Shown here one piece after another: positions 1 to 13,900 of a DNA stretch of 64,000 bases (positions within the stretch are counted from its first letter, which is position 1; the number at the start of each line of letters is the position of its first letter). Under the pieces are notes generated by a model. The model was not told where the DNA came from and did not search any database. It worked only from the letters and a program-made list of their open reading frames with translations. Position numbers and translations under genes: made by a program. The stretch spans positions 124,001 through 188,000 of the forward strand of contig NW_020843614.1 in the NCBI RefSeq assembly GCF_003704095.1. Reading direction: 5' to 3'. This DNA comes from Pocillopora damicornis. Lineage: Eukaryota.

Positions 1-3000
1 CAGTGTTCGCGGTGGAAGGACCTTTGACTTTCCCTGTGTTTGGGCGTGGCCTTTCTGGGAAAAAGACTGTTCAGTAGTAGCTGTGTTAAGTGTCGCCGCT
101 GTTGATATCAATAACATAAAAATGGACTTTAAGGAAAAAGGGAAAAGAAAGCGCTGTACAACTGCCTCTGTTTGAGAGATTTTAATGTGAGAGTCATATC
201 GCCCTCCCACTAGGAAGGAGTAGAACATAGATGTAAATAAACAAGAAGCTACTTTCTGAGTGGCAGAGAGGCACGTTCAATGAGGGCGACCAACCATAAT
301 ACTTCTGATTAGAAAAGGAAAATTTTCTTAATTGTAAAATTTATTTTAAACAGTCCCTGACCATAAGTTCCACTGCGATGAGTTTGTTTAAAGTAAAAGG
401 AAATCTATTGTTTATCTGGCTCCCTCAGTGCTGGATTTGTGTCTCACGAGCCTTGCACTTCATGTAATTCAACTAAGACCTGTGTCTGCTGGTATATTTA
501 ATTTCGAGATTTCTTTTTGTTGTTATATTATCACAAACTGATGGAAAATACTGTTCTTCTCTATTCGAGTAATCGATCCTTAGAAGACTTAGTGACTGTG
601 CCAGAAAACTCATCCATACATTCGAGGTAGTCTGCTTTTCAATCAAAATTTCACCGGCCTTACAGGTACTACAAAGGAAAAACTTTCAACAACCAATGTC
701 GCCTTCAATTCCTCTTTGAAGCAAGTTAATTTACGACAAACTAAATCTAGAGAGACTTACCGCATAACACAATAAGATTTACTAACACCGCATACTGAAC
801 GAGGCAGACTGAGGACATAATAAAAATGAAGTCAAATTAGTCAACTGTTGTGTTGTTCAATCTTCAGTGAACAATGGAACAATCAAGGCTAATTAAATGC
901 ATGAAATATGATTTATTGAACATTTCAGGGTGATTCTAATTATATTGGTAACTTTTTTTCCCTCAGTCAAATTTTTCACGACGGTTTTAACCGTCGTAGG
1001 ATGAAAGCATAACTTGAAAATTCTAATTAATAACTATTAACCGCAATTCGGAGCAACACTGATTCTAAAAGACATTAAATCAGAAGGCTAAACTACCCTC
1101 TAATTTCTGCCTCTACAGCTAATCGGTCGGCTGACATTTCATGACATTTCGTGACAGTAGCCTTGACAAGTTACCCGAGAACAGCGGGTACGATAGCTAT
1201 AATACACCAGTTCCTTAATTGGTTGCTAATGATCGTTACTGAAATGAAGAAATATCCAGGATTTAGTTGTGGTCATCGCAGTTGTTATTATTGCTTTGGG
1301 GAAATAATGCACCAATGTCTGTACACCAGTCTATTAATCAATCATTGCTTGTATGAAAACTAGCGAGCATTGGACCAAGTTTTTCAAAGTGAAGTCTCGG
1401 TAACTTTGTATCATTTAAACCTCAACACTTAGTCTTACAGCTGATATAAGAGGAATGAACAAACGGGACGAGAATTTATGGCGTATCACGTGAAATCAGG
1501 TGACATCACCCTGGTAAAGAATATGCAAAATGACCTAAAAATACAACCGGCCCAATTTCCCCTCACCCACCCCCTGAGGAAAGAAAGAAACGAAATAATT
1601 CTCGGGAGACATAAATATTCAGACGTTAATTCACGCTTATCGTTCTTATAAAAAAAATCACGAATCCCGTTTTTTTTTTTCTTTGACATATCGTTTTACA
1701 TGTCACGTTGAAATGTCTTGCTAAATAACGCTTGGATAAATACCCAATGCTAACCTCTGGTTTAAACTTCTTAATCATATATTGACGACCTTTTCCACTT
1801 CGATGCAACCTAGGATGACTTTTTAATCAAATCCAGCGACAATTTCTAGTTTTATCTGTAAGATTACATGACAAATGGTACCTCGACCAAGGGCCGCAAG
1901 CTAACGAGTTTCTCTTCTTTAATGTTTTCCGAAAATCAGTTGATAACAGCGGGCCGGTTCAATTTACTTCTCGGTACATTTCCTACCAGCATGCTGAGCA
2001 TTTCCCGCGATCACAAACATTCTTCAGTCATAAATATTCAACTCACGTTCTTTGCAGCCTGACCCACTCTGATCAGAACCGTTTCAGTTAAAAAGCTTTC
2101 CCAGTTAACTTAAGATGAATTTAAAGTATTTTTCGAAGCTAGCAAAGGCTTCGCCTGTGAATCAGCAAGTGCATGGATACAACTGAGTCAACATTTGAGG
2201 TAAATTAATTAAGGCAATTGTTTGTGTTCATGGGTTAGAGAAACATTTCGAACGAAAAAATAACTCTAGTTACGTGAATCAAACAAAAGAAGAGAATTTT
2301 AACCATAAGTCCTAAAGAATTGATTGCTCAAATAATTTATTTCTGACCCTGATCTAATATCGAGGATTCTTTCCCATAGATTTTATCAGTTTATCCTCTT
2401 TCTCCGTCAACCCATGGAAAAGGTGTCTCAATTCTGCTGGATAAGGATTCAGGTGTCTATTCCCACGGCAAAAAAAACTAAATAATTAATTTTAAGAAAT
2501 CAATTCTAAAATCACGGGCTATTTTATGCATACAAATATCAAATATCAAAGCCTAATTTTAAAAAAACCCAATTGATTTAATTTTGTATGAAGCTTTGAT
2601 TTTACACTACGAGCGGTTTCTTGTGATGCATTGGGCTAAGGTTTCATTTATCTGCAGAATTACGGTTTTCTTATTCCTGAAGCTATCGGACTCCAATTAG
2701 CCAAACTTGAATTACAAAAGCGTAGATTAAAAAAATTGAAATTCAGCACCTTTTGGTATTTTGCTCGACTTTTTAGCTTAATAAATAGCTTTCAGACTTC
2801 CGGATCTTTGACACGAAAGTTACTGGGCACGATGAGCCATGCCACGATAAGTTTGCTCAAAAAAGTTGTTCAGATTCACAGAAAGTAATTTAGTCAGAGA
2901 AGAGACTAAATGATTAACACTGAAGCGATGGAACATTATTTGAACCGTTCTTCCGCACTTTACTAAACTGCTCACACCACGTCGGGTTTGAAACAAGAAT

Positions 3001-4545
3001 AAATAAAGATGATGAATAAATTTAATGCTCTATTAACCAGCCAGGATATTCAAAGTTCTAATGATTTCGGTGCTGCCGCTTACACGCAAGACAAACGTTA
3101 GTTGAGAACGAAACTGCTGTTTGTAAATAGTGGATTCTTCTGGGGTCTCAGTCAATTAATTTCTCAAAATTTTACCCAACTAACTCTCTGGTGAAGGTAG
3201 GTAACGACTTTTATTTGTAGGAGTCAGATAAAGGCACTACTAAAGATAAATTGTGAGTGAGATTTGCGCTTGACGACAGAAAGTTTAGATTCGCTATTGA
3301 ATCTCTGAGATTCAGCTGTCTTCGGAATACTTTGCTTCTCTTTTTCTTTCGAGTGATTTTTTTTTTCATAATCGATATGTTTGTTTTCAACTTGAATGTT
3401 TCTATAGTCCGCGTGTTATCAATTTTGATATGCGAATATTATGAATTCCCATAACATGCGACTGAAGCTCGAGTGCCGATTTAACAGATGTATTCAAGAA
3501 CACTTTCACAATACGTAATCTGGAAATTGGAGGGCTCATTAAAAACCTTTCATTTACTTAAACCGATCAATATTCTCTCTTACTTCGTTGAGCTTAAATA
3601 GATTTGGCATCACTCATAGCCATAAACTTAAACGACGAAGTATTTTGGCATGAATTTATATACATACATTGAAAAATAACAAGAAAAGATACGAGTTATA
3701 ATTAAGTTATAGGTAGTCAGTTTTAAAATGGACACGACCATACTGCTAACAAATCGATGTTGCCTCAGAAATTTAACGTACATTCATGACTTCGCTTTCA
3801 TGCTCAATTTTCTTCTAAGGGAGTTAAATTAACAAAGTCAGCCATGCGAGCGCTTAAGAACAACATCAAGGCGATTCTTTCAAAGTAAATAATTATCGAT
3901 AAAGGAAGTAAATTTCTTAATGTCAAATATTTTACTGGAATCAAATAAGAGATCTTGTAGTTTTCATTGACAATAATACCAACCAAAACCTGCCGGAAAC
4001 TGTTTCCAGTTTTTATTAGTTCAGCTTTGACCGAACCTTTACTACACTTCGTATTGAATATATTGTTCATTTCATGCTAATTCAACTTGCGTCCATCTAT
4101 TTGTAATAGAAAATATCAACCAACTGTATTGAATAATGAAGGAAAGTTAAAACGAAGTATAATAGGGGTGAAGACTTCGCCTAGCGTGTGTTGTTTACAG
4201 AACACTTTCGTGCATCGTTTCGAGACAAGGGATTCCGCATAATCTCTCAGTTTTTCCGTTCTAATCAGAAAAAGTTCATCGTGTGAGAGCTTAGGGCAAC
4301 GAAAAAATTACAGGTGGTATTAACATTTCTGATGATTGAGTTGTCTGGGTCATAAAAGGCTCTAAATCTGCAGGATATTTTTCGGAAAATACTTCATCAA
4401 TGACCATATGCCCTCCACGAACAGAGTCATACCGACAGAAACGGAAAATTCCATTCTGATGAGTAAGATTTATTCATATCATATTTGTCGTTTAGCGCTG
4501 TTAGCGCAAAAATAAGCAAAGAAAGAGGTTCTAGCTTGTCGTATA

Positions 4546-5778
4546 GAAATGCAATGTAGTCCTCAAATTCAAGAAGATGAACACAGCCCGCTATGTGGAG
4601 CAATTATTTGCTTTTCATGTCGATTCGAAACCACAACGATATTTGTGTTTTGGTTCAATATCGACGACGTGTAATTAACTAGACCACAACTACTGGTAGT
4701 ATGTAGTCATTATTTTTATTCCCTTCCATTCAAATGTCATCACGAAACCACATATGTTGAGTCAGAGTCGCGGCTGCGAAATATTTATTTGATGAGAAAA
4801 ACGTCAAAATAGAAAGATCATACCAAATTTAACCCGTGCAAATGTTAAAAAATATAATCTTGAGAAATGTGCGCTAAATTTTTCGAGCAAATATACAGCC
4901 AGTTAACTCTTATGAGGACCGTGAATTTAAACTTGAGAAAATCAAAAAATAAAAAGATGAAATCCATTTTGCAATCTAATGTTATGGAATCCATAATTAG
5001 AATGTTCTTTTCTATACAAGAGACACTGAAGGACTCGCTAATCACTTCCAATTACTTGGTCAGACAGAACCGCCGATCGGCAGTGCCGCCGACAAAAGCC
5101 ATAAAACCTTCAATTAATCATTTTTAAGACAGATACAGAGAGGAACAATATTCAGATTAACATGCAGATCTAAGTTTAGAAGGCTAAAGGACGAAAAAAC
5201 ATCTAGATCACTTTTTTAGTATGGGAACCCGAGAGGAAGAACTGAAAATAGGTCTTGACGTCAATAGTTCAGTATCTTTCTGTTCAGTCGTAAGCCAATA
5301 TCAATACCGTGACATCTCGCTGATCAGCGGGTACCGTAACTCGGCGACATTGGGGTTAGAGCTCAGTGATCATTTTTAAGTTGAAAGACTGACATGAGAA
5401 GAAGTAAATGTACGCCAGATTACGCCTTTATTGATGAGCAGTCGTAAGAATCGTTTGCACCAAGGTTCGAGGAAAGCTGCGACGGTCTGGGGACAAGTTG
5501 ACTAACTATAAAACATTGGTGAGTTAAAAATCGTTGATTATTGTATCACTTTCCAAAATGTCTTTTTAATGAGAAACGAGAAAGTACCGCAGCCCCTTGC
5601 TTTTTTCACCCGAATGTGTGAAACTACATTTCAGTGCCGCGGGAAAAGTTAGTTCTAAATGAACCTTTTAAAATGGAAAGAAGTTACTTCCTCTTCATTT
5701 ATAATCCTTTCGCGTTACAGGAGTCTAATGGCAACTTCAAATGGAAAAAGATCGAACAAAATAGGAAGATCTTCTTTG
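4546..5778. repeat. Duplicated non-coding block A (inverted copy at 12208-13283)
   Basis: Reverse complement aligns by eye along its length (e.g. gaaatgcaatgtagtcctcaaattcaagaagatg; paired ORFs 4867..5127+ and 12777..13055- are near-identical), with several indels. Confidence 0.9.
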
Positions 5779-6168
5779 TCTTTTTTTTTCTTTTTCTGCT
5801 CTTAGGTTCTTGGTTTATTGTTTTTGTTTTGCTTTGTTGTTGTTGTCGTTTTTTTTTTTTTTTTATCAAATTGACCTTCTTATTCAAAACTCAGTTCGTG
5901 GGATCTTTACTTCGAAACACTTGGGCAGAGTATAATTGTTCAGTGGCCAAATCCAACTAGGCTCGTTTAGCATCTCTACGTAATTGTCATCTCTAATATC
6001 ACCTGGAAAATCATTACCAAACGTAACACGAAGTTTAGTTGCAATATCCGAGGCCTCTCATGAAAGCAATTCGTAGCTATGAAGTAAAGATATAGTCTAC
6101 GGACAATATTTACGTAGAAATTCTTTGATAATTGAGGAAATACTTTGCAAAATAGGAAATGCAATATG

Positions 6169-6350
6169 GAGGCTCTCAATGGCGTAATGGCCTTTACGGC
6201 TAATGGAACTTCCTTCTCTTTTGATTGAATGAAAAATTTTTACGGTTAACTTTTTTTTACGACCAACGATTAAAATGTATCAATTTTTACGCCTAACGGC
6301 TAAATTGTTTGGCCGTTCTACGGCTAACTTTTAACACCATCGAGGCCCTC
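6169..6350. mobile_element. Short MITE-like element with imperfect terminal inverted repeats and internal ttacggctaa repeats
   Basis: gaggctctcaatgg ... ccatcgaggccctc termini; repeated (t)tacggctaa/tacggttaa units inside. Confidence 0.5.
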
Positions 6351-8312
6351 ATTAGATAGTCGTGCAACTTAATTATATCATTTCCCTCATCTTCTCATTT
6401 CCAAGATCAATATACAATTGTCCACACTGTTTACCATGCATGTTTCTCTGAGTACTTGATGCTAAATCAAACGTCATACCCCTTTTGGTATTTTTCTTTC
6501 TTCTCATCGCCTATATTTTAAAGATATCGCTATTTTAAGAGGACAAATTGCCTTTTTAGTTGTTTCCGGAGGTGAAAGGTTAAAAAAGGTTCCGAACATT
6601 GATGGTATCTACGTGTGCTCTTTAGAGGGTCTTTTTACTAGGAGAATGAACGCTTTACAAGAACGGGGTCTCTTAATTTATTTTACGAGATCTTGGATGG
6701 CACGTTAGGAATTTTGTTTTCCACCAGTACTTGTAATTAGAAAATGAATGGCAACTGTCCCCATATGCTTTTTAAAGAACTGAAATATTACATTTAGAGA
6801 CTGTGAGGAGCTCTCGTTCACTCTTCATTTGATGAATCACGCTTTTACTTTACAAAAGCCTGGAGTCGAAAACTTTACTCCGACCGACACTTGTGTTGGT
6901 TTTAATCTCTGAAAGGCAGACAAATTGTTGTGGTTTGCGCGCGTTTTGTCCTCTATTTCAGGGACAATATGAGGTGCTTGAATCAGCGTTCAATTTTTGT
7001 TGCGACCTGCTGAATGTGTTTGGTTAGTGATTCAAAACTCGAAGTTTTGCGTATGAAAAAAATTATTTCTTATCTATGTTTACATACTAGCGTTTAAAAA
7101 AACCAAAACTTTAGTATTGGCGCAATATCAGGTCAACTTATGATTTCCTTTTATGACTTGTACCTCTTCAATCCAGTTTTAAACACTGATATTCCAGTTA
7201 TAGATAATAACAGAAGATATATTAAACGAAGGTAACACCAATCTTGGAGTAATCAAGGTTTAAAGCTTACATATATCCGTTTTAGTTTTCATTTTCATTC
7301 AGCCTCTAAGAAATAACACGTTTTCCGACTGGATTCTTAACCGTCACTTCAAAAGTTAAATTAACTTTGCATCTCAGTCACCGATATGTGATGGAGTGTT
7401 CTGAACAAGCTCGTAGCCTTTCCATCAGCTAACGTACGTCCATTGTTTATGATGGGCCAGCCTTGCCGCGTACAACCCGTGGTCCTATATCAGATTATTG
7501 TTATGATCTCAAGGCTATGATTATTATAGCAACCGTGCATGCAGCTGGGATATTTTTCCCTTTTCAGCGAGATTAAAAAAGTTAAAAACAGAACTACGAA
7601 AACAAAGAAAATAAATGGCTGGATAGCACTGATTCATTCTTTTCACATCGATAGATTTGATACATGTATGAAGATGATACAGCACTGAAGATATAACATA
7701 TCTTTAAACTACGGATTACGATGTAATTGCCCTAAAATACAAAGGTTTTCAAATCGTGAATCCTTTTGGAACCTTGACCAAGTTTCCAACGAAATGTCTT
7801 GAATTAGGATATTATTAATCGTATATGCACTTCGATATGGAAGGGACGGTTGTAATTATTACATAAGATACTTTCAATTTAGATAGTTTAAGAACTGACG
7901 CTTAAATTTCTGATCATTTAAGATATTCTTCTTCGGGTATTATTTATTTGACTGTTCACATTTAAATCATGTGAAACACGTCTTAAAATAATCATTGTAG
8001 AGTAATAATGTCGCCAAGTCCACGACCTCATCGGTCTTCAGTTGATTGCAGGCAACAGCGGAATTTAAAAATTTTTTTTTCAACTTAAAATTTGGACGTC
8101 TTCATCTATGATTCATGTTTACTCTGGCAATATTTAAAAAAAAACCGGTGCCTTACAAAGCTCGTTTATTATATTTATGTTTGAGAAAAGTATTGCTTTT
8201 GCAAACCCTGCACTTAGTAGAATACTAAAAATTTGCCCTTTTATCAAAAAAGTCGAGGCATCTTCGATCATTTTAGTGGTTTTCGTAGCTGCTCAAATGT
8301 TATGATCGAAGG

Positions 8313-8547
8313 AAAAGCGGCACAGTGATTACTTCACTGAACATGTGAAAACCTGTTCTCGAGCAAACGAGGTCGAAGGTCCGTGTAAACAATAATAGAT
8401 CATCGATTGTTTTAACTGGCTCATGTGTTGACATTTTTTTTTGTCAACTCAGAAAGCGGATGGCGCAGAACCTTAGTTTACACGTAAGTTTCTGCATGCT
8501 AATCTTCTTGGTTTTGTTAAGGAGATCACCTCGAATAGGCCCAATGT
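8313..8547. repeat. Duplicated block B (inverted copy at 13333-13566; further copy at 11646-12107)
   Basis: aaaagcggcacagtgattacttcactgaacatgtgaaaacctg...ggcccaatgt is the reverse complement of 13333-13566. Confidence 0.85.
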
Positions 8548-8647
8548 NNNNNNNNNNNNNNNNNNNNNNNNNNNNNNNNNNNNNNNNNNNNNNNNNNNNN
8601 NNNNNNNNNNNNNNNNNNNNNNNNNNNNNNNNNNNNNNNNNNNNNNN

Positions 8648-8902
8648 TTATATAAATATTCCTTAGAGTTCAATATTGAAGCTTTGATTTTCCTGTTTCA
8701 TAATGAAACGGCGCATCAGTGCAGGGGAGTGGCATTTATAATAAATTGCCTTAAGGCCCGGATGTGGATTGATTCTCTAAAATGGAAAAGCGGGGCTATA
8801 CAACTCAATTAAATACAAAGGGCTCATGAGTTCATAGCAAGGAGTTCCCTGTATAAACTGATGAATGATTCATTCATTTTTCTTTTCAATATCTTTTCAT
8901 GA
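8648..8902. repeat. Duplicated block C (inverted copy at 19058-19301)
   Basis: Reverse-complement match including ccttaaggcccggatgtggattgattctcta and gggctcatgagttcat. Confidence 0.85.
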
Positions 8903-9688
8903 NNNNNNNNNNNNNNNNNNNNNNNNNNNNNNNNNNNNNNNNNNNNNNNNNNNNNNNNNNNNNNNNNNNNNNNNNNNNNNNNNNNNNNNNNNNNNNNNNN
9001 NNNNNNNNNNNNNNNNNNNNNNNNNNNNNNNNNNNNNNNNNNNNNNNNNNNNNNNNNNNNNNNNNNNNNNNNNNNNNNNNNNNNNNNNNNNNNNNNNNNN
9101 NNNNNNNNNNNNNNNNNNNNNNNNNNNNNNNNNNNNNNNNNNNNNNNNNNNNNNNNNNNNNNNNNNNNNNNNNNNNNNNNNNNNNNNNNNNNNNNNNNNN
9201 NNNNNNNNNNNNNNNNNNNNNNNNNNNNNNNNNNNNNNNNNNNNNNNNNNNNNNNNNNNNNNNNNNNNNNNNNNNNNNNNNNNNNNNNNNNNNNNNNNNN
9301 NNNNNNNNNNNNNNNNNNNNNNNNNNNNNNNNNNNNNNNNNNNNNNNNNNNNNNNNNNNNNNNNNNNNNNNNNNNNNNNNNNNNNNNNNNNNNNNNNNNN
9401 NNNNNNNNNNNNNNNNNNNNNNNNNNNNNNNNNNNNNNNNNNNNNNNNNNNNNNNNNNNNNNNNNNNNNNNNNNNNNNNNNNNNNNNNNNNNNNNNNNNN
9501 NNNNNNNNNNNNNNNNNNNNNNNNNNNNNNNNNNNNNNNNNNNNNNNNNNNNNNNNNNNNNNNNNNNNNNNNNNNNNNNNNNNNNNNNNNNNNNNNNNNN
9601 NNNNNNNNNNNNNNNNNNNNNNNNNNNNNNNNNNNNNCATCTTCAATTCTTCAGGAGCCTCATGATTCCTTCCAGTGTATCCGAAATT

Positions 9689-9793
9689 CTAGGCGGGTCC
9701 TACAGTTGCAGTTCGCCGCACCAAACATGGAGAAAACAATAGTACCTTGACACATCTCCTAAACTGTCTGCTCTGAAAACAGTAGATGATCGG
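9689..9793 (-). CDS. C-terminal fragment (TM7 and helix 8) of a class A GPCR, cut by an assembly gap
   Basis: PIIYCFQSRQFRRCVKVLLFSPCLVRRTATVGPA* resembles the [N]PxxY plus F-R helix-8 pattern; same GPA* end and 3' flank as 10176-10189. Confidence 0.7.
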   Translation of the reverse strand, partial: PIIYCFQSRQFRRCVKVLLFSPCLVRRTATVGPA

Positions 9794-9894
9794 ANNNNNN
9801 NNNNNNNNNNNNNNNNNNNNNNNNNNNNNNNNNNNNNNNNNNNNNNNNNNNNNNNNNNNNNNNNNNNNNNNNNNNNNNNNNNNNNNNNNNNNNN

Positions 9895-10020
9895 GTAACA
9901 TGATCAGTCTTTTCTATAATTTTTTTGGTAAAACATCAAAGCCTATTGTAACTTATTACGTATGGTGAATGAGACACCGTTCTTAAAATAGCTGCGCAGT
10001 ATGACTTCGAATTAAATTTA
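9895..10020. repeat. Duplicated block D (inverted copy at 18653-18778)
   Basis: Reverse-complement match caaagcctattgtaacttattacgtatgg...gctgcgcagtatgacttcgaa. Confidence 0.85.
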
Positions 10021-10175
10021 GACTCTGAAATATGTCACTGGGAGGATGCTTGTTTCAGGACNNNNNNNNNNAGTTCATGAACTAAGTTTTACTCTTTCCC
10101 TTTAGATTTTTCAGGTGAAAATACCATCTTCAATCCTTCAGGAGCCTCACGGTTTCTTCCAGTGTATCCGAAATT

Positions 10176-11443
10176 CTAGGCGGGTCCTANNNNNNNNNNN
10201 NNNNNNNNNNNNNNNNNNNNNNNNNNNNNNNNNNNNNNNNNNNNNNNNNNNNNNNNNNNNNNNNNNNNNNNNNNNNNNNNNNNNNNNNNNNNNNNNNNNN
10301 NNNNNNNNNNNNNNNNNNNNNNNNNNNNNNNNNNNNNNNNNNNNNNNNNNNNNNNNNNNNNNNNNNNNNNNNNNNNNNNNNNNNNNNNNNNNNNNNNNNN
10401 NNNNNNNNNNNNNNNNNNNNNNNNNNNNNNNNNNNNNNNNNNNNNNNNNNNNNNNNNNNNNNNNNNNNNNNNNNNNNNNNNNNNNNNNNNNNNNNNNNNN
10501 NNNNNNNNNNNNNNNNNNNNNNNNNNNNNNNNNNNNNNNNNNNNNNNNNNNNNNNNNNNNNNNNNNNNNNNNNNNNNNNNNNNNNNNNNNNNNNNNNNNN
10601 NNNNNNNNNNNNNNNNNNNNNNNNNNNNNNNNNNNNNNNNNNNNNNNNNNNNNNNNNNNNNNNNNNNNNNNNNNNNNNNNNNNNNNNNNNNNNNNNNNNN
10701 NNNNNNNNNNNNNNNNNNNNNNNNNNNNNNNNNNNNNNNNNNNAATACCAACCAGAGGGCCAATCCTCGAAGCAAAAATCTAAATCCTTGTTGTATTTTT
10801 TCATCACATATACTGGAAGATTCAAGAGGATTGAAAACAGCCAACAGGCAGGTATGATGAATTTGAGTTTGGCCTTTGNNNNNNNNNNNNNNNNNNNNNN
10901 NNNNNNNNNNNNNNNNNNNNNNNNNNNNNNNNNNNNNNNNNNNNNNNNNNNNNNNNNNNNNNNNNNNNNNNNNNNNNNNNNNNNNNNNNNNNNNNNNNNN
11001 NNNNNNNNNNNNNNNNNNNNNNNNNNNNNNNNNNNNNNNNNNNNNNNNNNNNNNNNNNNNNNNNNNNNNNNNNNNNNNNNNNNNNNNNNNNNNNNNNNNN
11101 NNNNNNNNNNNNNNNNNNNNNNNNNNNNNNNNNNNNNNNNNNNNNNNNNNNNNNNNNNNNNNNNNNNNNNNNNNNNNNNNNNNNNNNNNNNNNNNNNNNN
11201 NNNNNNNNNNNNNNNNNNNNNNNNNNNNNNNNNNNNNNNNNNNNNNNNNNNNNNNNNNNNNNNNNNNNNNNNNNNNNNNNNNNNNNNNNNNNCCAACAAA
11301 TAATTCATGGCGCTTCTCATTAGCCGGTTTCTCAGGACAACAAGACAGACCAGAGAGTTACTGACGAGGCTGATTAGCACAAGAAACGAGAAAGCCACAC
11401 GAAGGCTGATTTCCGCCGCTTCTGTGTCAGTGAAAAGCGACAT
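10176..11443 (-). CDS. Class A (rhodopsin-like) GPCR, neuropeptide-receptor-like, mostly hidden by two gaps
   Basis: TM1 LISLVSNSLVCLVV, ICL1 MRSAMNYLL, TM4 IIPACWLFSILLNLP, ECL2 CFEDWP; GPA-stop at 10176 matches the 9689 C-terminus. Confidence 0.75.
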
Positions 11444-11645
11444 GGTGNNNNNNNNNNCAATACTTTGCTGAGCAAATCAGATCTGAAAATAACAAGGAAA
11501 CGAATGGTTAATAATGTTTTTGCCTTAGTGTGCAGAATAAACACTCTACGCTAAGTAAATCATGGGNNNNNNNNNNTTCTGTTTTATTTGGTCGATTCAT
11601 GGGATAATTAACATCAAGAGAGGATAAGGCTCTCTTGTTAATAAA

Positions 11646-12107
11646 CATTTTTCTGCTCTAACGTGTTTCCAAAGGCATCACCTTAACAAAACCAAGAAGA
11701 TTAGCATGCGGAAAGTTACGTGTAAACTANNNNNNNNNNNNNNNNNNNTGTCTGAGTTGACAAAAAAAATTTCAACACATAAACCAGTTAAAAAAATTGA
11801 TGATTTATTATTGTTTACACGAACCTTAGACCTCCTTTACTCGAGGACAGGTTTTCTCATGTTCNNNNNNNNNNNNNNNNNNNNNNNNNNNNNNNNNNNN
11901 NNNNNNNNNNNNNNNNNNNNNNNNNNNNNNNNNNNNNNNNNNNNNNNNNNNNNNNNNNNNNNNNNNNNNNNNNNNNNNNNNNNNNNNNNNNTATTCGAGT
12001 TAGAGATGCTCTCCACATCGTCAAACAGTCCTGAAACACGAAATGTTAAGTTGAGTCCGACCAGTTCCCGCAAAGAAGAGAAGCGTTTGAATCAGACTGC
12101 TGTAACA
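11646..12107. repeat. Direct copy of 13298-13740 (block B extended), gapped
   Basis: ttttctgctctaacgtg...ttattcgagttaga...atcagactg shared with 13298-13740. Confidence 0.8.
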
Positions 12108-12207
12108 NNNNNNNNNNNNNNNNNNNNNNNNNNNNNNNNNNNNNNNNNNNNNNNNNNNNNNNNNNNNNNNNNNNNNNNNNNNNNNNNNNNNNNNNNNNNN
12201 NNNNNNN

Positions 12208-13283
12208 CAAAGAAGATCTTCCTATTTTGTTCGATCTTTTTCCATTTGAAGTTGCCATTAAACTCCTGTAAAGCGAAAGGATTGTAAATGAAAAGGAAGT
12301 AACTTCTTTTCATTTTAAAAGGCTCATTTAGAACTCACTGTTCCCGCGGCACTGAAAAGTAGGTTCACACATTCGGTTGAAAAAAGCATGGGGCTGCGGT
12401 ACTTTCTCGTTTCTCATTAAAAAGACATTTTGAGAAGTGATACAATAATCAACGATTTTTAACTCACCAATGTTTTATAGTTAGTCAACTTGTCCCCAGA
12501 CAGTCGCAGCTTTCCTCGAACCTTGGTGCAAACAATTCTTACAACTGCTCTTCAATAAAGGCACGATCTGGGGTAAATTTACTTCTTCCTATGTCAGTCT
12601 TTCAGCTTAAAAATAATGACTGAGCTCTAACCTTAATGTCGCCGAGTTACGGTAACCGCCGATCGGCGAGATGTCACGGTATTGATATTGGCTTACGACT
12701 GAACAGAAAGATACTGAACTATTGACGTCACTAAAAAAGTGATCTAGATGTTTATTCGTCCTTTAGCCTTCTAAAATTAGATCTGCATGTCAATCTGATT
12801 ATTATTCATTGAAGGTTTTATTGCTTTTGTCGGCGACACTGCCGGTCGGCGGTTCTGTCTGACCAAGTAATTGGAAGTGATTAGCGAGTCCTTCAGTGTC
12901 TCTTGTATAGAAAAGAACATTCTAATTATGGATTCCATAGCATTAGATTGCAAAATGGATTTCATCTTTTTATTTTTTGATTTTCCCAAGTTTAAATTCA
13001 TGGTCCTCATAAGAGTTAACTGACTGTATATTTGCTTGAAAAATTTAGCGCACATTTCTCAAGATTATATTTTTTATGTGGTTTCGTGATGACATTTGAA
13101 TGGAAGGGAATAAAAATCATCACTACATACTACCAGTAGTTGTGGTCTAATTAATTACACGTCGTCGATATTGAACCAAAACACAAATATCGTTGTGGTT
13201 TCGAATCGACATGAAAAGCAAATATTTGCTCCACATGACGTGCTGTGTCCATCTTCTTGAATTTGAGGACTACATTGCATTTC
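12208..13283. repeat. Inverted copy of block A (4546-5778)
   Basis: Reverse-complement alignment by eye; three internal deletions relative to block A. Confidence 0.9.
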
Positions 13284-13900
13284 GTGGAACATTCTTTCAT
13301 TTTTTCTGCTCTAACGTGTTCTCAAAGGCATCACATTGGGCCTATTTGAGATGATCTCCTTAACAAAACCATGAAGATTAGCATGCGGAAAGTTACGTGT
13401 AAACTAAGGTTCTGCGCCATCCGCTGTCTGAGTTGACAAAAAAAATGTCAACACATAACCCAGTTAAAACAATTGATGATTTATTATTGTTTACACGAAC
13501 CTTAGACCTCCTTTGCTCGAGAACAGGTTTTCACATGTTCAGTGAAGTAATCACTGTGCCGCTTTTATACTTTAGCAAACGAGCATTAAGTATTTTTTTT
13601 AAACAATACTCTTTTGTGTAGTTTATATTCGAGTTAGAAATGCTCTTCACATCGTCAAACAGTCCTAAAACACGAAATGTTAAGTTGAGTCCGACCGGTT
13701 CCCGCAGAGAAGAAAGCGTTGGGATCAGACTGCAGTAACATGTCTCTTAGCTCTGACGAATGACTAACGTGAGAAAAGTCACCTTTAGAAACATCCGGAT
13801 TTCCCGCGACCACCACCGTGACTGATCGTTTTTCTGTAGAAAATGAACAGATGACCAAAAACACTGATGACCAACCATATTGTCATGTTATATATATTGA

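Noticed and set aside
4867-5127. ORF pairs conserved between 4867/12777, 16574/22581 and 16706/22459
   Set aside because: Similarity simply reflects recent DNA duplication; no protein motifs, and indels ignore the frame
8460-12313. Long ORFs (up to 418 aa) in the ORF track
   Set aside because: Mostly N-run artefacts; only the GPCR fragments are supported
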